DNA of 53,762 nucleotides from Nanobdellati archaeon (GCA_019429005.1 JAHYJR010000007.1:1-53762); one strand, 5' to 3'. Positions 39,844 to 49,987 are shown, counted from the stretch's first letter. The notes: generated from the sequence alone by a model not told the origin. Program-made: numbers and translations.

Positions 39844-40533
39844 ATGGAAGATAATACAAAAAATACAAGTGATGAAAGCAGCACACAAGATACATTAGTA
39901 CCAATACAGGCATATTTGTCAACAGGTATACATATAGGTATGAAACAGCGATTAAAAGCAATGTCAAAATACATATATAAAGTACGAGATGATAAACTAG
40001 CTGTATTTAATATTCAAATGATAGATGACCAGCTAAAAAATGCTGCAAAAATGATATCAAAATATGATCCTAAAGATATTCTTGTAACAAGCAGAAAAAA
40101 ATATGGCCAAAAACCTGCTGTTATGTTTGCAAAAGCAATAGGTGGTGCAAACGCAGTATACGGTAGATTTTTCCCAGGTTCACTTACAAACCAAAAATAC
40201 CGAAAATATATGGAACCTAAACTTGCAATGGTTACAGACCCACACCTCGATAAACAAGTTGTAAAAGAGGCATTTAACTGTAATATACCAATAATCGGTA
40301 TTTGTGATACATTCAATAATCCACAATATCTTGATTTAGTTATATCCTCAAACAACAAAGGTAGAAAATCATTAGCACTTGTATACTGGATTTTAGCAAA
40401 AGAAGTTCTTAAACTCAGAGGCGATATAAAAGGCGATGCTGAATTTAAATATACAGTAGAAGATTTCGAAATGCCTGAAGAAAAAATAGTAAGAACTGAA
40501 AAAACAGACAGTAGAAATAAACAAAGACGATAA
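39844..40533 (+). CDS. rps2: 30S ribosomal protein S2
   Basis: GIHIG, GRFFPGSLTN, TDP..D, CDT.N and NNKGRKS. Confidence 0.97.
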   Translation: MEDNTKNTSDESSTQDTLVPIQAYLSTGIHIGMKQRLKAMSKYIYKVRDDKLAVFNIQMIDDQLKNAAKMISKYDPKDILVTSRKKYGQKPAVMFAKAIGGANAVYGRFFPGSLTNQKYRKYMEPKLAMVTDPHLDKQVVKEAFNCNIPIIGICDTFNNPQYLDLVISSNNKGRKSLALVYWILAKEVLKLRGDIKGDAEFKYTVEDFEMPEEKIVRTEKTDSRNKQRR

Positions 40534-40561
40534 TAAAGTGTTTAATTAAAATTAATTCAAT

Positions 40562-40609
40562 TACAGCATTGCCATAAATATGATAATTTCGTCATATTTT
40601 GGTGCTGTA
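40562..40609. terminator. Long imperfect hairpin after the ribosomal operon
   Basis: TACAGCA..CCA.AAATATGA-loop-TCATATTT-TGG-TGCTGTA, followed by a T-rich tract. Confidence 0.45.
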
Positions 40610-40807
40610 TTTGTTCTTTCACATTATGAATCATTTTTTCCCTAGTAGCCACAGCAATTATTACACAATTTGTTCTTTTCACATATTTCGATAGAGTTAT
40701 AACACTTTACCTACCATTCTGATTAAATATATATAATTACCTAAATTATTTCTTAAGTTAAATATATATTAATTAAATCACCATTAATTAAGGTTAAGGT
40801 GATTTTA

Positions 40808-42022
40808 ATGAAAGATGATAAAACAATAGTAGCCGGGCTTATAATGGATACAGATTTAAAAACAATTGAATCTGAAAAATATATACAAAATGCTATAGAT
40901 ATAATGCGAAACAAAAACACTGAATATCTTATAGTTATGAATGAAAAAGAATTCAAAGGGATATTTAGATACAAACAACTCCTCTATACAATGAATAAAA
41001 ATCTATCTAAAACAAAAATAAATAAAATCACACTTTTAAAACCACCAATAATACCAAAAGACACATCTTTCGAAAATATCGCATATGAAATGTATAGACA
41101 CAACATAAAAAATATACCTGTCGGAGATACAACTATTGAAGGCATAATCTCAGAAAAAGATATGTTATCTATCGCAATCCAAAAAGGATTCCTTAAAAAC
41201 AAAAAAGTTATAGACTTCATTACAGCAGAACCAATTTGCCTTAATGATTCAGACACAATTGGAAAAGCCGAATCAATAATGCGTGAAAATGATATAAGCA
41301 GATTACCAGTAATAGATTCAGATGATAAACTCATAGGTCTTGTAGAATCAAAAGATATAATCACAAAAAAAATTGAACAAAACCTAGAACAAGGCGTTAT
41401 AAAATCAAAATCTGAAAACAATAGTATGACTGCGACAACATACACACCTAATGAAGTCGCAAATAGTGAAATAAACATCAAATCAATAATGAACACACAG
41501 ATTGTTACAACTGATATATATGATGATGTTGAAAATTGTTTCAAAAACGCTAAAAACCTTAATATCACAACCATCATCGCTGTTGATTCTGAAAATATAC
41601 CACTTGGACTGATAGCACCAAAAGATATAATACAATATATCGCAAGCTTTGTTGAAACAGAACAGATATTATATCAAATATCGGGAATAAATAAGCTAGA
41701 TCTGGATGAATTTGAGATTGAAAAGATCCATAACATAATAAAAGATACAATTATGAAAATATCAAAACAATGCGAAGTAAACTCATTTACAATCCATATT
41801 AAAGAATACAAAAAACAAGGCGAAAACACAAAATATACATTAAGATGTAAAACAGACACTTATTTAGGACTTTTCAGAACAAAAACATTTGGATGGGATG
41901 TACTAGATATCACAAGCAATCTCTTAAAAAATCTTGAAAAAAATATATTGACTAAAAAAGGATACATGAGAGATACTGCTCATAAAAAAAAGAGAGACAA
42001 CAAACACATTAACAATAATTGA
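40808..42022 (+). CDS. Four-CBS-domain protein with C-terminal HPF/RaiA-like domain (candidate ribosome hibernation factor)
   Basis: Four CBS repeats (e.g. ISRLPVID..LIGLV) then a beta-alpha-beta-beta-beta-alpha tail (IHIKEY..KY..GWD). Confidence 0.75.
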   Translation: MKDDKTIVAGLIMDTDLKTIESEKYIQNAIDIMRNKNTEYLIVMNEKEFKGIFRYKQLLYTMNKNLSKTKINKITLLKPPIIPKDTSFENIAYEMYRHNIKNIPVGDTTIEGIISEKDMLSIAIQKGFLKNKKVIDFITAEPICLNDSDTIGKAESIMRENDISRLPVIDSDDKLIGLVESKDIITKKIEQNLEQGVIKSKSENNSMTATTYTPNEVANSEINIKSIMNTQIVTTDIYDDVENCFKNAKNLNITTIIAVDSENIPLGLIAPKDIIQYIASFVETEQILYQISGINKLDLDEFEIEKIHNIIKDTIMKISKQCEVNSFTIHIKEYKKQGENTKYTLRCKTDTYLGLFRTKTFGWDVLDITSNLLKNLEKNILTKKGYMRDTAHKKKRDNKHINNN

Positions 42023-42167
42023 AGCTTATATCAGCTTCAATCTTTTTTTATATTTTTAAAAAAATGTCATTTTAGATAAAACAAGATATCATAATATTAA
42101 TGGATATATTACTAAATAGTTACAAATAATAGATATATTTATAAATAAAAAACACCATATAATATAT

Positions 42168-43076
42168 ATGGATCAAAATTACGCAATTATGTCTGACATG
42201 CATACAATAAAACCTAAAATGGTACAAAAGACTATCAAAAAATTAACCGATTTAGGTTTTGATTCATTAGTATTTAACGGAGATATCATAGGAGATAGGT
42301 CTGGTATTGATCCTGTGACATACCTACATAGCATACTTAAAACGGCAGGAGAATCAGGACTTGAAGTTTATGTCCAGCCAGGAAGTCATGAAAATTCAGA
42401 TTCTTATCAACCTGTAATTGAACACATAACTGATAAATATCCAAATGTTCAAGACGCACTTAAGATGCCAACTATTGAAAAAATAGGTCATGATATTGTA
42501 TTTCTCCCAGGCTCTGATTTTATGGTAAGGGATGCAAGCTATAAACTTGAAAATGGAGATATTCCAACAGGTACATACGAAACAGATGATAGTATTGAAA
42601 GATCTACAAACATGAAAGATCTTGAAAAACTTGTCACAGATGCAGAAAATACAATCCTTTTCAGCCATGTACCCGCAAAATATTATGGCAAACACGCACC
42701 AGATAATGCTATTTATGGTGAAGTGATACAAGAATTTAAATTAGATCAAGAAATTATTAAAATAGGATCAATATTCCCTGGACCCATAGGTTATCAATTA
42801 GCACAACTAGGAGCACCAATACAAATTAAACAAGAAAATAGAGGAAACCTTGATTTAGGTAAAACCTGTGATACAATAGGTATAAACAAAAAAGTCAGTG
42901 GACATTTCCATGAATCTAAAGGTAATGCGATAACACTAGACAATAAACAACTTCCCGAAAATACAAGAACAAATAACATCGCATGGAACGCAAGTTATAT
43001 GGATGGCGGCCTTGTTGGAGCTCTAACAGTACATGATGATGGAACTATAAGTCATCAGAATCTAAATATGGGATAA
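42168..43076 (+). CDS. Calcineurin-like metallophosphoesterase
   Basis: SDMH, NGD, PGSHE, SHVP and GHFHE. Confidence 0.85.
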   Translation: MDQNYAIMSDMHTIKPKMVQKTIKKLTDLGFDSLVFNGDIIGDRSGIDPVTYLHSILKTAGESGLEVYVQPGSHENSDSYQPVIEHITDKYPNVQDALKMPTIEKIGHDIVFLPGSDFMVRDASYKLENGDIPTGTYETDDSIERSTNMKDLEKLVTDAENTILFSHVPAKYYGKHAPDNAIYGEVIQEFKLDQEIIKIGSIFPGPIGYQLAQLGAPIQIKQENRGNLDLGKTCDTIGINKKVSGHFHESKGNAITLDNKQLPENTRTNNIAWNASYMDGGLVGALTVHDDGTISHQNLNMG

Positions 43077-43137
43077 ATTATCCCATTTTCATAACCATTT
43101 AAAAAAGTATTTATTCTATTCTGCACACAAATAACAC

Positions 43138-43872
43138 ATGGAACATAAAATTATCGGAGACGATATGCAACTTGTTGAAATCGCTCTTAACTCAGGTGAA
43201 AGCATACGTGCTGAAACAGGCACAATGCTTTATATGAACAAAGATATAGATATGGAAACAAATACCGGTGGCGGTCTTTTAAAAGGCTTCAAACGTGCAT
43301 TGACAGGTGAAAACTTTTTCATAACAACATACACACACAATGGACAAAACAAAGGTCAAATAGCTTTTGGAGCACCATACCCAGGTAAAATAATAAAACT
43401 AGACTTAACAGAATCAAACAAAGAGTTCCTATGTCAAAAAGATTCATTCTTATGTGCATCAGATAAAGTTGAAATTGATATCGCATTTACAAAAAAACTT
43501 GGTGCTGGATTTTTCGGTGGTGAAGGATTCATACTACAGAGACTTAAAGGTAAAGGCGAAGCATTTATCCACGCAGGTGGTACTATTGTTGAAAAAGTAC
43601 TTGGAGTTAATGAAATCATTAAAGTTGATACCGGATGCATTGTAGCTTTTGAATCAGGTGTTGATTACGACATCAAGATGATTAAAGGCGTAAAAAATAT
43701 GCTTTTTGGTGGCGAAGGAATATTTCTTGCAACACTTACAGGCCCAGGTAAAATCTATCTTCAAAGTCTACCATTCTCACGTCTTGCTTCAAGAATAAAT
43801 AACTTTGCTCCAAAAAGAGGCGAAAACCGTGGTGTAGTTGGAACAATGTTAGGTGGAGATCGTAGTTTTTAA
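43138..43872 (+). CDS. AIM24/TIGR00266 family protein
   Basis: TGENFF, APYPG, GFFGGEGFILQRL, VDTGC and GPGKIYLQSLP. Confidence 0.93.
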   Translation: MEHKIIGDDMQLVEIALNSGESIRAETGTMLYMNKDIDMETNTGGGLLKGFKRALTGENFFITTYTHNGQNKGQIAFGAPYPGKIIKLDLTESNKEFLCQKDSFLCASDKVEIDIAFTKKLGAGFFGGEGFILQRLKGKGEAFIHAGGTIVEKVLGVNEIIKVDTGCIVAFESGVDYDIKMIKGVKNMLFGGEGIFLATLTGPGKIYLQSLPFSRLASRINNFAPKRGENRGVVGTMLGGDRSF

Positions 43873-44083
43873 TATCGACAAATTAAAAAATAAACAAAAA
43901 ATCAGTTTAAAAAACTTAGACCTAATTGATTTATAATACAAAATTATATGTTTTAAATCAATTTATCTAATGTTTTTTTTTAATTTACCATATACCACAC
44001 ATCTTAAACGATTTTATATTTTATAATCATTAATTTTAAATATATAAAAAAATACTATAATTATTAGATAAAAAGGTGTTATT

Positions 44084-44656
44084 ATGGATGAAACAATAAA
44101 AAATCTGGCAAGAGCGTTCATTGGCGAGAGTCAAGCAAGGAACAGATACACAATGTATGCAAAAATTGCAAAAAAAGAAGGTTTTGAACAGATTGGAGAC
44201 ATATTTCTTCTGACAGCTGACAATGAAAGAGAACACGCAAACGGACTCATGAAATTGATTCAAGTATTGAAAGAAAAATCTGAAAATAAAGATGAAATTA
44301 TTGTTGATTCTGAAGTACCTACAACCATATCAACAACTGAAGAAAATCTTAAAGCTGCAATTAACGGTGAAAATTTTGAGCATGAAACAATGTATCCAAA
44401 ATTTGCAGACATTGCCGAGAAAGAAGGTTTTGATGATATCGCAGTACAACTTAGAGCAATTGCAAATGCTGAAAAACATCATGAAAAACAATATATAAGC
44501 CTTCTAAAAGAACTTCAAGAAAAAAAAGTTTTCAAAAAAAATAAAGAAGTTGAATGGGTATGTCTAAACTGTGGTTATACACACACAAGTGAATCAGCAC
44601 CAAAAATCTGTCCCTCATGTTACCATAGCACCGCATATTTTCAGGTAAACAAATGA
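44084..44656 (+). CDS. rbr: Rubrerythrin
   Basis: GESQARNRY, ExEH, GENFE, EKHH and rubredoxin CxxC..CPxC. Confidence 0.95.
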   Translation: MDETIKNLARAFIGESQARNRYTMYAKIAKKEGFEQIGDIFLLTADNEREHANGLMKLIQVLKEKSENKDEIIVDSEVPTTISTTEENLKAAINGENFEHETMYPKFADIAEKEGFDDIAVQLRAIANAEKHHEKQYISLLKELQEKKVFKKNKEVEWVCLNCGYTHTSESAPKICPSCYHSTAYFQVNK

Positions 44657-44957
44657 AAATATTAAATAAAAACATCTCTATTTTTAATAATTAAGACATA
44701 AAAATATATACTTTAAACGCTATATTATAAGTATTAAAGGTGTATTATATGAAAATAGAAGTTATTGAAAAGATTGTTTTAATACTACATCTAGTTCTAT
44801 GAAAACCCTAAATATATCTTTGTTTTAATATATATAAGCTTAATTACAGCTTCTTTTAAGAATTGCCCAGTCATCTAAAATAAAATCCTTTATAAAGGTA
44901 GGACTAAATTAATAATTATATTTTGTTCTATAAACATATTCTTATTAATTAAACCCT

Positions 44958-45560
44958 TCACAACCGCCCAATCTTCCCCGCATCAGTCAATCTAAGCCCA
45001 CCATCAGTTGTGATAAACCCAGAATCGCGAAGGTCATCAATGTTCCTATAAAACATAGCCCTAGAAAGCCCGCATTTCTCACTCATCTCAGCCAAAGATA
45101 TATTATCAGGTGACGAAGAAATCACATCCAAAACAGTCTTCTGACTTTCTGTAAACTTAAATGACATCTTTGGAAGATACACTACAGAACTTTTATCTTC
45201 TTCAGGATTATAAGCAATCTTACTAACACGAGAACTACGCGCATATGCAGCAAACAAAAGTCCAAGTGCCTTAGTCTTCCGACCTGCAGTGATGTTCACA
45301 AATATCTCATCATCTTTAGGCTGAAGATCAATTATCTCCACACATTTACGGGCAACAGACACAATATCATACACATCTGTACGGACCTCCTTAACATCCA
45401 CCACACGCCCTAGAGAATTCTTGATAAGATCAAAATTCTGTTGCTGAGTCTTATCAGGTTTATCATCCATAAGCAATATCAGCCTATTAGGTCCAAGCTG
45501 TGTAGCTGCCACAAGCACAGGATCTGGAGAATATATTGTTGCTATAAGAACTTTAGCCAT
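44958..45560 (-). CDS. csa3: Csa3-like CARF + winged-HTH transcriptional regulator
   Basis: CARF strand VLIAT, NITAGRK motif, LP linker and wHTH SRAMFYRNIDDLRDSGFI...LTDAGK. Confidence 0.85.
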   Translation of the reverse strand: MAKVLIATIYSPDPVLVAATQLGPNRLILLMDDKPDKTQQQNFDLIKNSLGRVVDVKEVRTDVYDIVSVARKCVEIIDLQPKDDEIFVNITAGRKTKALGLLFAAYARSSRVSKIAYNPEEDKSSVVYLPKMSFKFTESQKTVLDVISSSPDNISLAEMSEKCGLSRAMFYRNIDDLRDSGFITTDGGLRLTDAGKIGRL

Positions 45561-45593
45561 GATATATATTACACATTTATACTTTATATGTAT

Positions 45594-45605
45594 TTTGTAT
45601 ACAAA
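45594..45605. promoter_or_regulatory. Perfect palindrome TTTGTATACAAA, candidate operator
   Basis: Lies in the 97-bp divergent gap between the regulator and the island operon. Confidence 0.45.
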
Positions 45606-45657
45606 CCAATAGACAAATATATAAAATTATACACGAATATTATATTTAATACAATTA

Positions 45658-47136
45658 ATGGTGATTATTATTGAAGCGAATATGGCTGAATTTGTTAACA
45701 TACAAGAGAACGATATCAAAACAATAAAATACCTATTGAACTATTTCAAAAAAGATAACGATTCAACTTTACTAAGCAAAAGCTACCTATTCTTTGGAAC
45801 TCCAGGTATTGGAAAAACAACACTTGTAAAAGACATCATAACTTCAATGAATGAAGATATAATCTATATGGCATGGAGACAACTTAATCTGAAAAATGCA
45901 ACAAAAGTAGACACTTTTGAAAAATTAAATGAACTTGCAAACAACAACAAAAAACAAATCATATTCATTGATGACATAAACATATTACTTGAAAAAAATG
46001 AATTTGATGTCATAATTCCAAAACATCAAAAATCAATAATGGAACTTCTTGATAATGTAAAAGAAAATGCAAATAAAGTCTTACTAATGACATCAAACAA
46101 TATTGACTTTTTTGAGATGCCAATACTTGATAGGATAGAGATTACCATCAATTTTGACTTGCCTTCAGAAAAAAATAAACTTAACTTCATAAATTCTAAA
46201 TATTCAAAATACATAACACCTGAAAACATATCATTCATAATCAAAAATTCAATTGGTTATAATTACAGAGATCTCTCAGAAATGATAAAATTTTCTTGGC
46301 GCATAAACGATAAAAAAATAACAAACAAATCGTTGAAAAGAGCATTACATACATGCAAACCAAAAGGTCTTCATACTTTTGATATACATCATCAGATTGA
46401 TACAAACCTAAAAGACATAATTGGCAAAGATAAGGCAGTACAGCTTGTAAACAGATTATCATTGCTTCAAAAAAATGAAAAGCTTAAGCAAAACCTAGGC
46501 ATAAGAAGAAACAACTTAATTCTTTTCCACGGTCCGCCTGGCACAGGAAAAACATTCATGGTTAAAGCGATCTCAGGCGAACTTAAAATCCCTATAATAA
46601 ACATAAGCACAAAAGAGATTTTAGGTGGAAATGTATACCGTACACTTGACATAATAGCAGAGATTGCAAAGACACACAAAGATTACATAATATTCATAGA
46701 TGAGGCTGACAAGATAATGGGTGGCAATATGTTTGATGAAGATAATTCACTAGTAGGTTCATTCCAAGCAGTTCTTGACAACATAGACAGCAAAGAGATA
46801 CAAGCACTATTGATATTGTCTGTCAACAACCCTAAACGTTTCGGCAAAGCATTCAGGGATAGATTTGTAAACATACCGTTCCTATTGCCAAACTTTGAAG
46901 AGAGACTGATCTTTTTAGAGAACAAAATTAAAACTGCAAAGGCTCACATCAAACTGGATATTGAGAGTTCGTACATTGCAGAAGAAACTGAAAACATGTC
47001 TTACAGAGACATGGACCGTATCTGGAACGACCTGATGTTCTATGCTCTTGAGAACGATGAACCTATAACTAATGATACCTTTGATGAGATAATGGGTGCG
47101 TCTAAGAAAAAGATTGTAAATTGTATTGTTGATTAA
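45658..47136 (+). CDS. Tandem AAA+ ATPase (two AAA modules)
   Basis: GTPGIGKT/IFIDD and GPPGTGKT/IFIDEAD, each with an SRH-like Arg. Confidence 0.88.
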   Translation: MVIIIEANMAEFVNIQENDIKTIKYLLNYFKKDNDSTLLSKSYLFFGTPGIGKTTLVKDIITSMNEDIIYMAWRQLNLKNATKVDTFEKLNELANNNKKQIIFIDDINILLEKNEFDVIIPKHQKSIMELLDNVKENANKVLLMTSNNIDFFEMPILDRIEITINFDLPSEKNKLNFINSKYSKYITPENISFIIKNSIGYNYRDLSEMIKFSWRINDKKITNKSLKRALHTCKPKGLHTFDIHHQIDTNLKDIIGKDKAVQLVNRLSLLQKNEKLKQNLGIRRNNLILFHGPPGTGKTFMVKAISGELKIPIINISTKEILGGNVYRTLDIIAEIAKTHKDYIIFIDEADKIMGGNMFDEDNSLVGSFQAVLDNIDSKEIQALLILSVNNPKRFGKAFRDRFVNIPFLLPNFEERLIFLENKIKTAKAHIKLDIESSYIAEETENMSYRDMDRIWNDLMFYALENDEPITNDTFDEIMGASKKKIVNCIVD

Positions 47137-47147
47137 TGGTGTTAAAT

Positions 47148-47771
47148 ATGAAATTTAAAAAAATAACAATAAAAAATTATAAACTATTTAATGATGCTAC
47201 AATTACCTTTAATGACAATTTAACTGTTATTGTTGGTAATAATGGTTCTGGAAAAACCATACTTTTTAATTTACTTAAAAATTATAAAAATACATCAAAA
47301 GACTATTCAATAGATATTGACGGAACTATACCAACAGAAGAAACATATGGTTTTATATCTGAAAACCGTTTATCACAAACGGATCTTTTACAAGAATTTG
47401 ATGAAACTAATGAACTCTTTATGAATGAAATACAACAATTAATTCCACAAATTACAACAGATTTAAAATCACACAAAAAAACATTTAATCAATTAAAAGA
47501 AACCTTTGCCGTTGGTGAAAAAATACTATTTGATTTTGCTAAAATTTTTACATTAAGACAAATAAATAATACCCAGTTCCCTATTGTTTTAGATTCACTT
47601 TTTAGTATTTTAAGTAAAGATAAATCAGAATTATTACTAAAAAGATTACTTAATTTAAACGAACAAGTGATTATTATTGAAAATGAACATTCATTACCAG
47701 ATGGATTAAGTATGAATTATAAATTGAACTATAAAGATGAAAAAACGAATATTGAACAGATTCATAATTAA
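47148..47771 (+). CDS. Compact ABC/SMC-type ATPase lacking a coiled coil
   Basis: IKNYKLF, GNNGSGKT, degenerate signature FAVGEK, PIVLDS and QVII. Confidence 0.75.
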   Translation: MKFKKITIKNYKLFNDATITFNDNLTVIVGNNGSGKTILFNLLKNYKNTSKDYSIDIDGTIPTEETYGFISENRLSQTDLLQEFDETNELFMNEIQQLIPQITTDLKSHKKTFNQLKETFAVGEKILFDFAKIFTLRQINNTQFPIVLDSLFSILSKDKSELLLKRLLNLNEQVIIIENEHSLPDGLSMNYKLNYKDEKTNIEQIHN

Positions 47772-47860
47772 TGACGAGTTAACTAAGTTTGAATACAAAA
47801 TATATAAAATGTTTAAATGCATCAAAAACTAATAAATTAAATTATATAAAAAAACGAAAT

Positions 47861-47911
47861 AATGTACACATAAAACGTTACAATGACCTAAATGTGAATT
47901 TAGATAACAAG
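47861..47911 (+). repeat. Junction repeat A: degenerate copy of helicase codons 5-21 (core GACCTAAATGTGA, 47885-47897)
   Basis: 34/51 nt identical to 51328-51378 by manual alignment. Confidence 0.65.
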
Positions 47912-47919
47912 GGATAAAG

Positions 47920-48942
47920 ATGACTATTAAAAAAATCACCCCAAAAGATAAAACTACAGAATTCTTACTCTATAATTCACCTGATGGAAAAATAAAAGTA
48001 GAAGTCTTTTTGCATAATGAAAATATCTGGCTCACTCAAAAACGAATAGCAGAATTATTTGATGTGACAATCCCTACTATTAATGAACATTTAAAAAACA
48101 TTTTTAATTCAAATGAATTAGACGAAATTTCAGTTATTAGGAATTACCTAACAACTGCTAATGATGGGAAAAAATATGCTACTAATTTCTACAATCTTGA
48201 TGCAATAATTGCAATAGGGTACAGAGTAAATTCAAAAAAAGCAACTCAATTTAGAATCTGGGCAACTAAAATCCTGAAAGAATACATGCTCAAAGGATTT
48301 GCAATGGATGATGAACGACTCAAAAATGGGAAATATTTTGATAAAGATTATTTTGATGAGCTTTTGGAACGAATTAGGTCCATAAGGTCAAGTGAAAGAA
48401 GAATCTATCAAAAGATAACAGATATTTTTGCAGAATGTAGTATTGATTATGATAAAGATTCCATGATTACAAGAAACTTTTATGCAACAATCCAAAATAA
48501 ATTCCACTATGCGATATCTGGAAAAACTGCAGCAGAAATAATATACAAAAAAGCAGATGCAAAAAAACAAAATATGGGTCTGTCAACATGGAAAAATGCG
48601 CCCACAAGTAGGATTTTGAAATCAGATACAATAATTGCTAAAAATTATCTGTCTGAAGAAAATATTAAAAAATTAGAACGAACGATTTCAAGCTTTTTTG
48701 ATTATATTGAAAGGATCATTGAAAATAGAACTACAATGGTTATGAGTGATTTGGCAAAAAGTGTGAACAACTTTTTAGAATTTCATGAATTCAAACTATT
48801 AGATGGAAAAGGAAAAAGATCTTATAAACAAGCTGAAGATAAAGCGTTTAAAGAATATGATCTATTTAACAAGACCCAAAAAATAGAATCTGATTTTGAC
48901 AAACTGACTAAGAAATTAAACCAAAAAATTGAAGATATCTGA
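47920..48942 (+). CDS. rhuM: RhuM-family virulence/DNA-binding protein
   Basis: WLTQK.IAELF, YNLDAIIAIGYRVNS..ATQFR.WAT, IRSSERRIYQKITD and QNKFHYA. Confidence 0.93.
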   Translation: MTIKKITPKDKTTEFLLYNSPDGKIKVEVFLHNENIWLTQKRIAELFDVTIPTINEHLKNIFNSNELDEISVIRNYLTTANDGKKYATNFYNLDAIIAIGYRVNSKKATQFRIWATKILKEYMLKGFAMDDERLKNGKYFDKDYFDELLERIRSIRSSERRIYQKITDIFAECSIDYDKDSMITRNFYATIQNKFHYAISGKTAAEIIYKKADAKKQNMGLSTWKNAPTSRILKSDTIIAKNYLSEENIKKLERTISSFFDYIERIIENRTTMVMSDLAKSVNNFLEFHEFKLLDGKGKRSYKQAEDKAFKEYDLFNKTQKIESDFDKLTKKLNQKIEDI

Positions 48943-48992
48943 GATGAACATAAATTATGTACACACAAAGTTGAACAAAGACTTAAATGTAA
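48940..48992 (+). repeat. Junction repeat B: degenerate copy of the helicase 5' end (core GACTTAAATGTAA, 48980-48992)
   Basis: TGAG-ATGAACATA... is 37/48 nt identical to 51316-51363 from the ATG. Confidence 0.8.
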
Positions 48993-49034
48993 AAGTACTT
49001 GAAAAACCAAATACAATTGTGAAGGTTATTTAAT

Positions 49035-49877
49035 ATGGAAAAAAATATAATCACAAAACTCACTAAAACATTTGAAGATTATATTCATATAGAAGACAGA
49101 ATCGAATTTTGGTTTGCAAGAGATTTACAAACACTTTTAGGTTATTCTAAATGGGAAAATTTTGTAAAAATTATAGAAAAAGCAAAAATTTCTTGTAAAA
49201 AGGCAGGACAAGAAGTAAACAATCATTTTCCTGACGTCAAGAAAACGATAAACATGCCAAAAGGTGCAACAAGAAATATTGACGATTATATACTAACAAG
49301 ATATGCCTGTTACCTTATTGCTCAAAATGGAGATTCAAGAAAAGATGAAATTGCATTTGCACAAAGTTATTTTGCAATACAGACAAGAAAACAAGAATTA
49401 ATTGAAGAAAGGATTGCATTAAAAGAACGCGTTGATGCAAGAGAAAAATTAGTGAAATCTGAAACAGAACTTTCAAAATTAATTTATGAACACGGTGTAG
49501 ATAATAAAGGTTTTGCAAGAATTAGAAGCAAAGGTGATCACGCTTTATTTGGTGGACATAACACAAAACAAATGAAAATAAAACTAAATATCCCACAAAA
49601 TAAACCAGTTGCGGATTTTCTTCCAACAGTTACAATTGCAGCTAAAAACTTTGCAACAGAAATAACAAATTTTAATGTTAAAAAAGAAGATTTGCAAGGC
49701 GAATCTAAAATTACAAATGAACACATAAAAAACAATAAACGAATTAGAACTGTACTTCTAGAAGATGATATTATTCCTGAAGAGTTGCCTCCTGAAGATG
49801 ATATTAAAAAGCTAGAAAGAAGAATTAAAAAGGATGAAAATACACTAGCTAAAGTGTCAAAGACGCTGTTAAAATAA
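49035..49877 (+). CDS. dinD: DNA damage-inducible protein D (Bro-N domain)
   Basis: WFARDLQ.LLGY..WENF, LTRYACYLIAQNGD, AQSYFA.QTR and IRSKGD.ALFGG. Confidence 0.93.
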   Translation: MEKNIITKLTKTFEDYIHIEDRIEFWFARDLQTLLGYSKWENFVKIIEKAKISCKKAGQEVNNHFPDVKKTINMPKGATRNIDDYILTRYACYLIAQNGDSRKDEIAFAQSYFAIQTRKQELIEERIALKERVDAREKLVKSETELSKLIYEHGVDNKGFARIRSKGDHALFGGHNTKQMKIKLNIPQNKPVADFLPTVTIAAKNFATEITNFNVKKEDLQGESKITNEHIKNNKRIRTVLLEDDIIPEELPPEDDIKKLERRIKKDENTLAKVSKTLLK

Positions 49878-49929
49878 AACAACAATTTCAACTTAGGGTG
49901 AAATGAAAAATTGTTGATTAAACGCTGAG

Positions 49930-49942
49930 GATTTAAATGTGA
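49930..49942 (+). repeat. Junction repeat C: core only (GATTTAAATGTGA)
   Basis: Matches the cores of A and B at 11/13 and occupies the equivalent intergenic position. Confidence 0.45.
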
Positions 49943-49987
49943 CAAACACCAATAAATTAAGATATAAAATAAAAAAGATGTTCAATT

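Noticed and set aside
44749-44802. SD-led MKIEVIEK... mini-ORF, possibly a gene truncated at the island boundary
   Set aside because: Only 17 codons and too little similarity to assign; no att site or target duplication seen.
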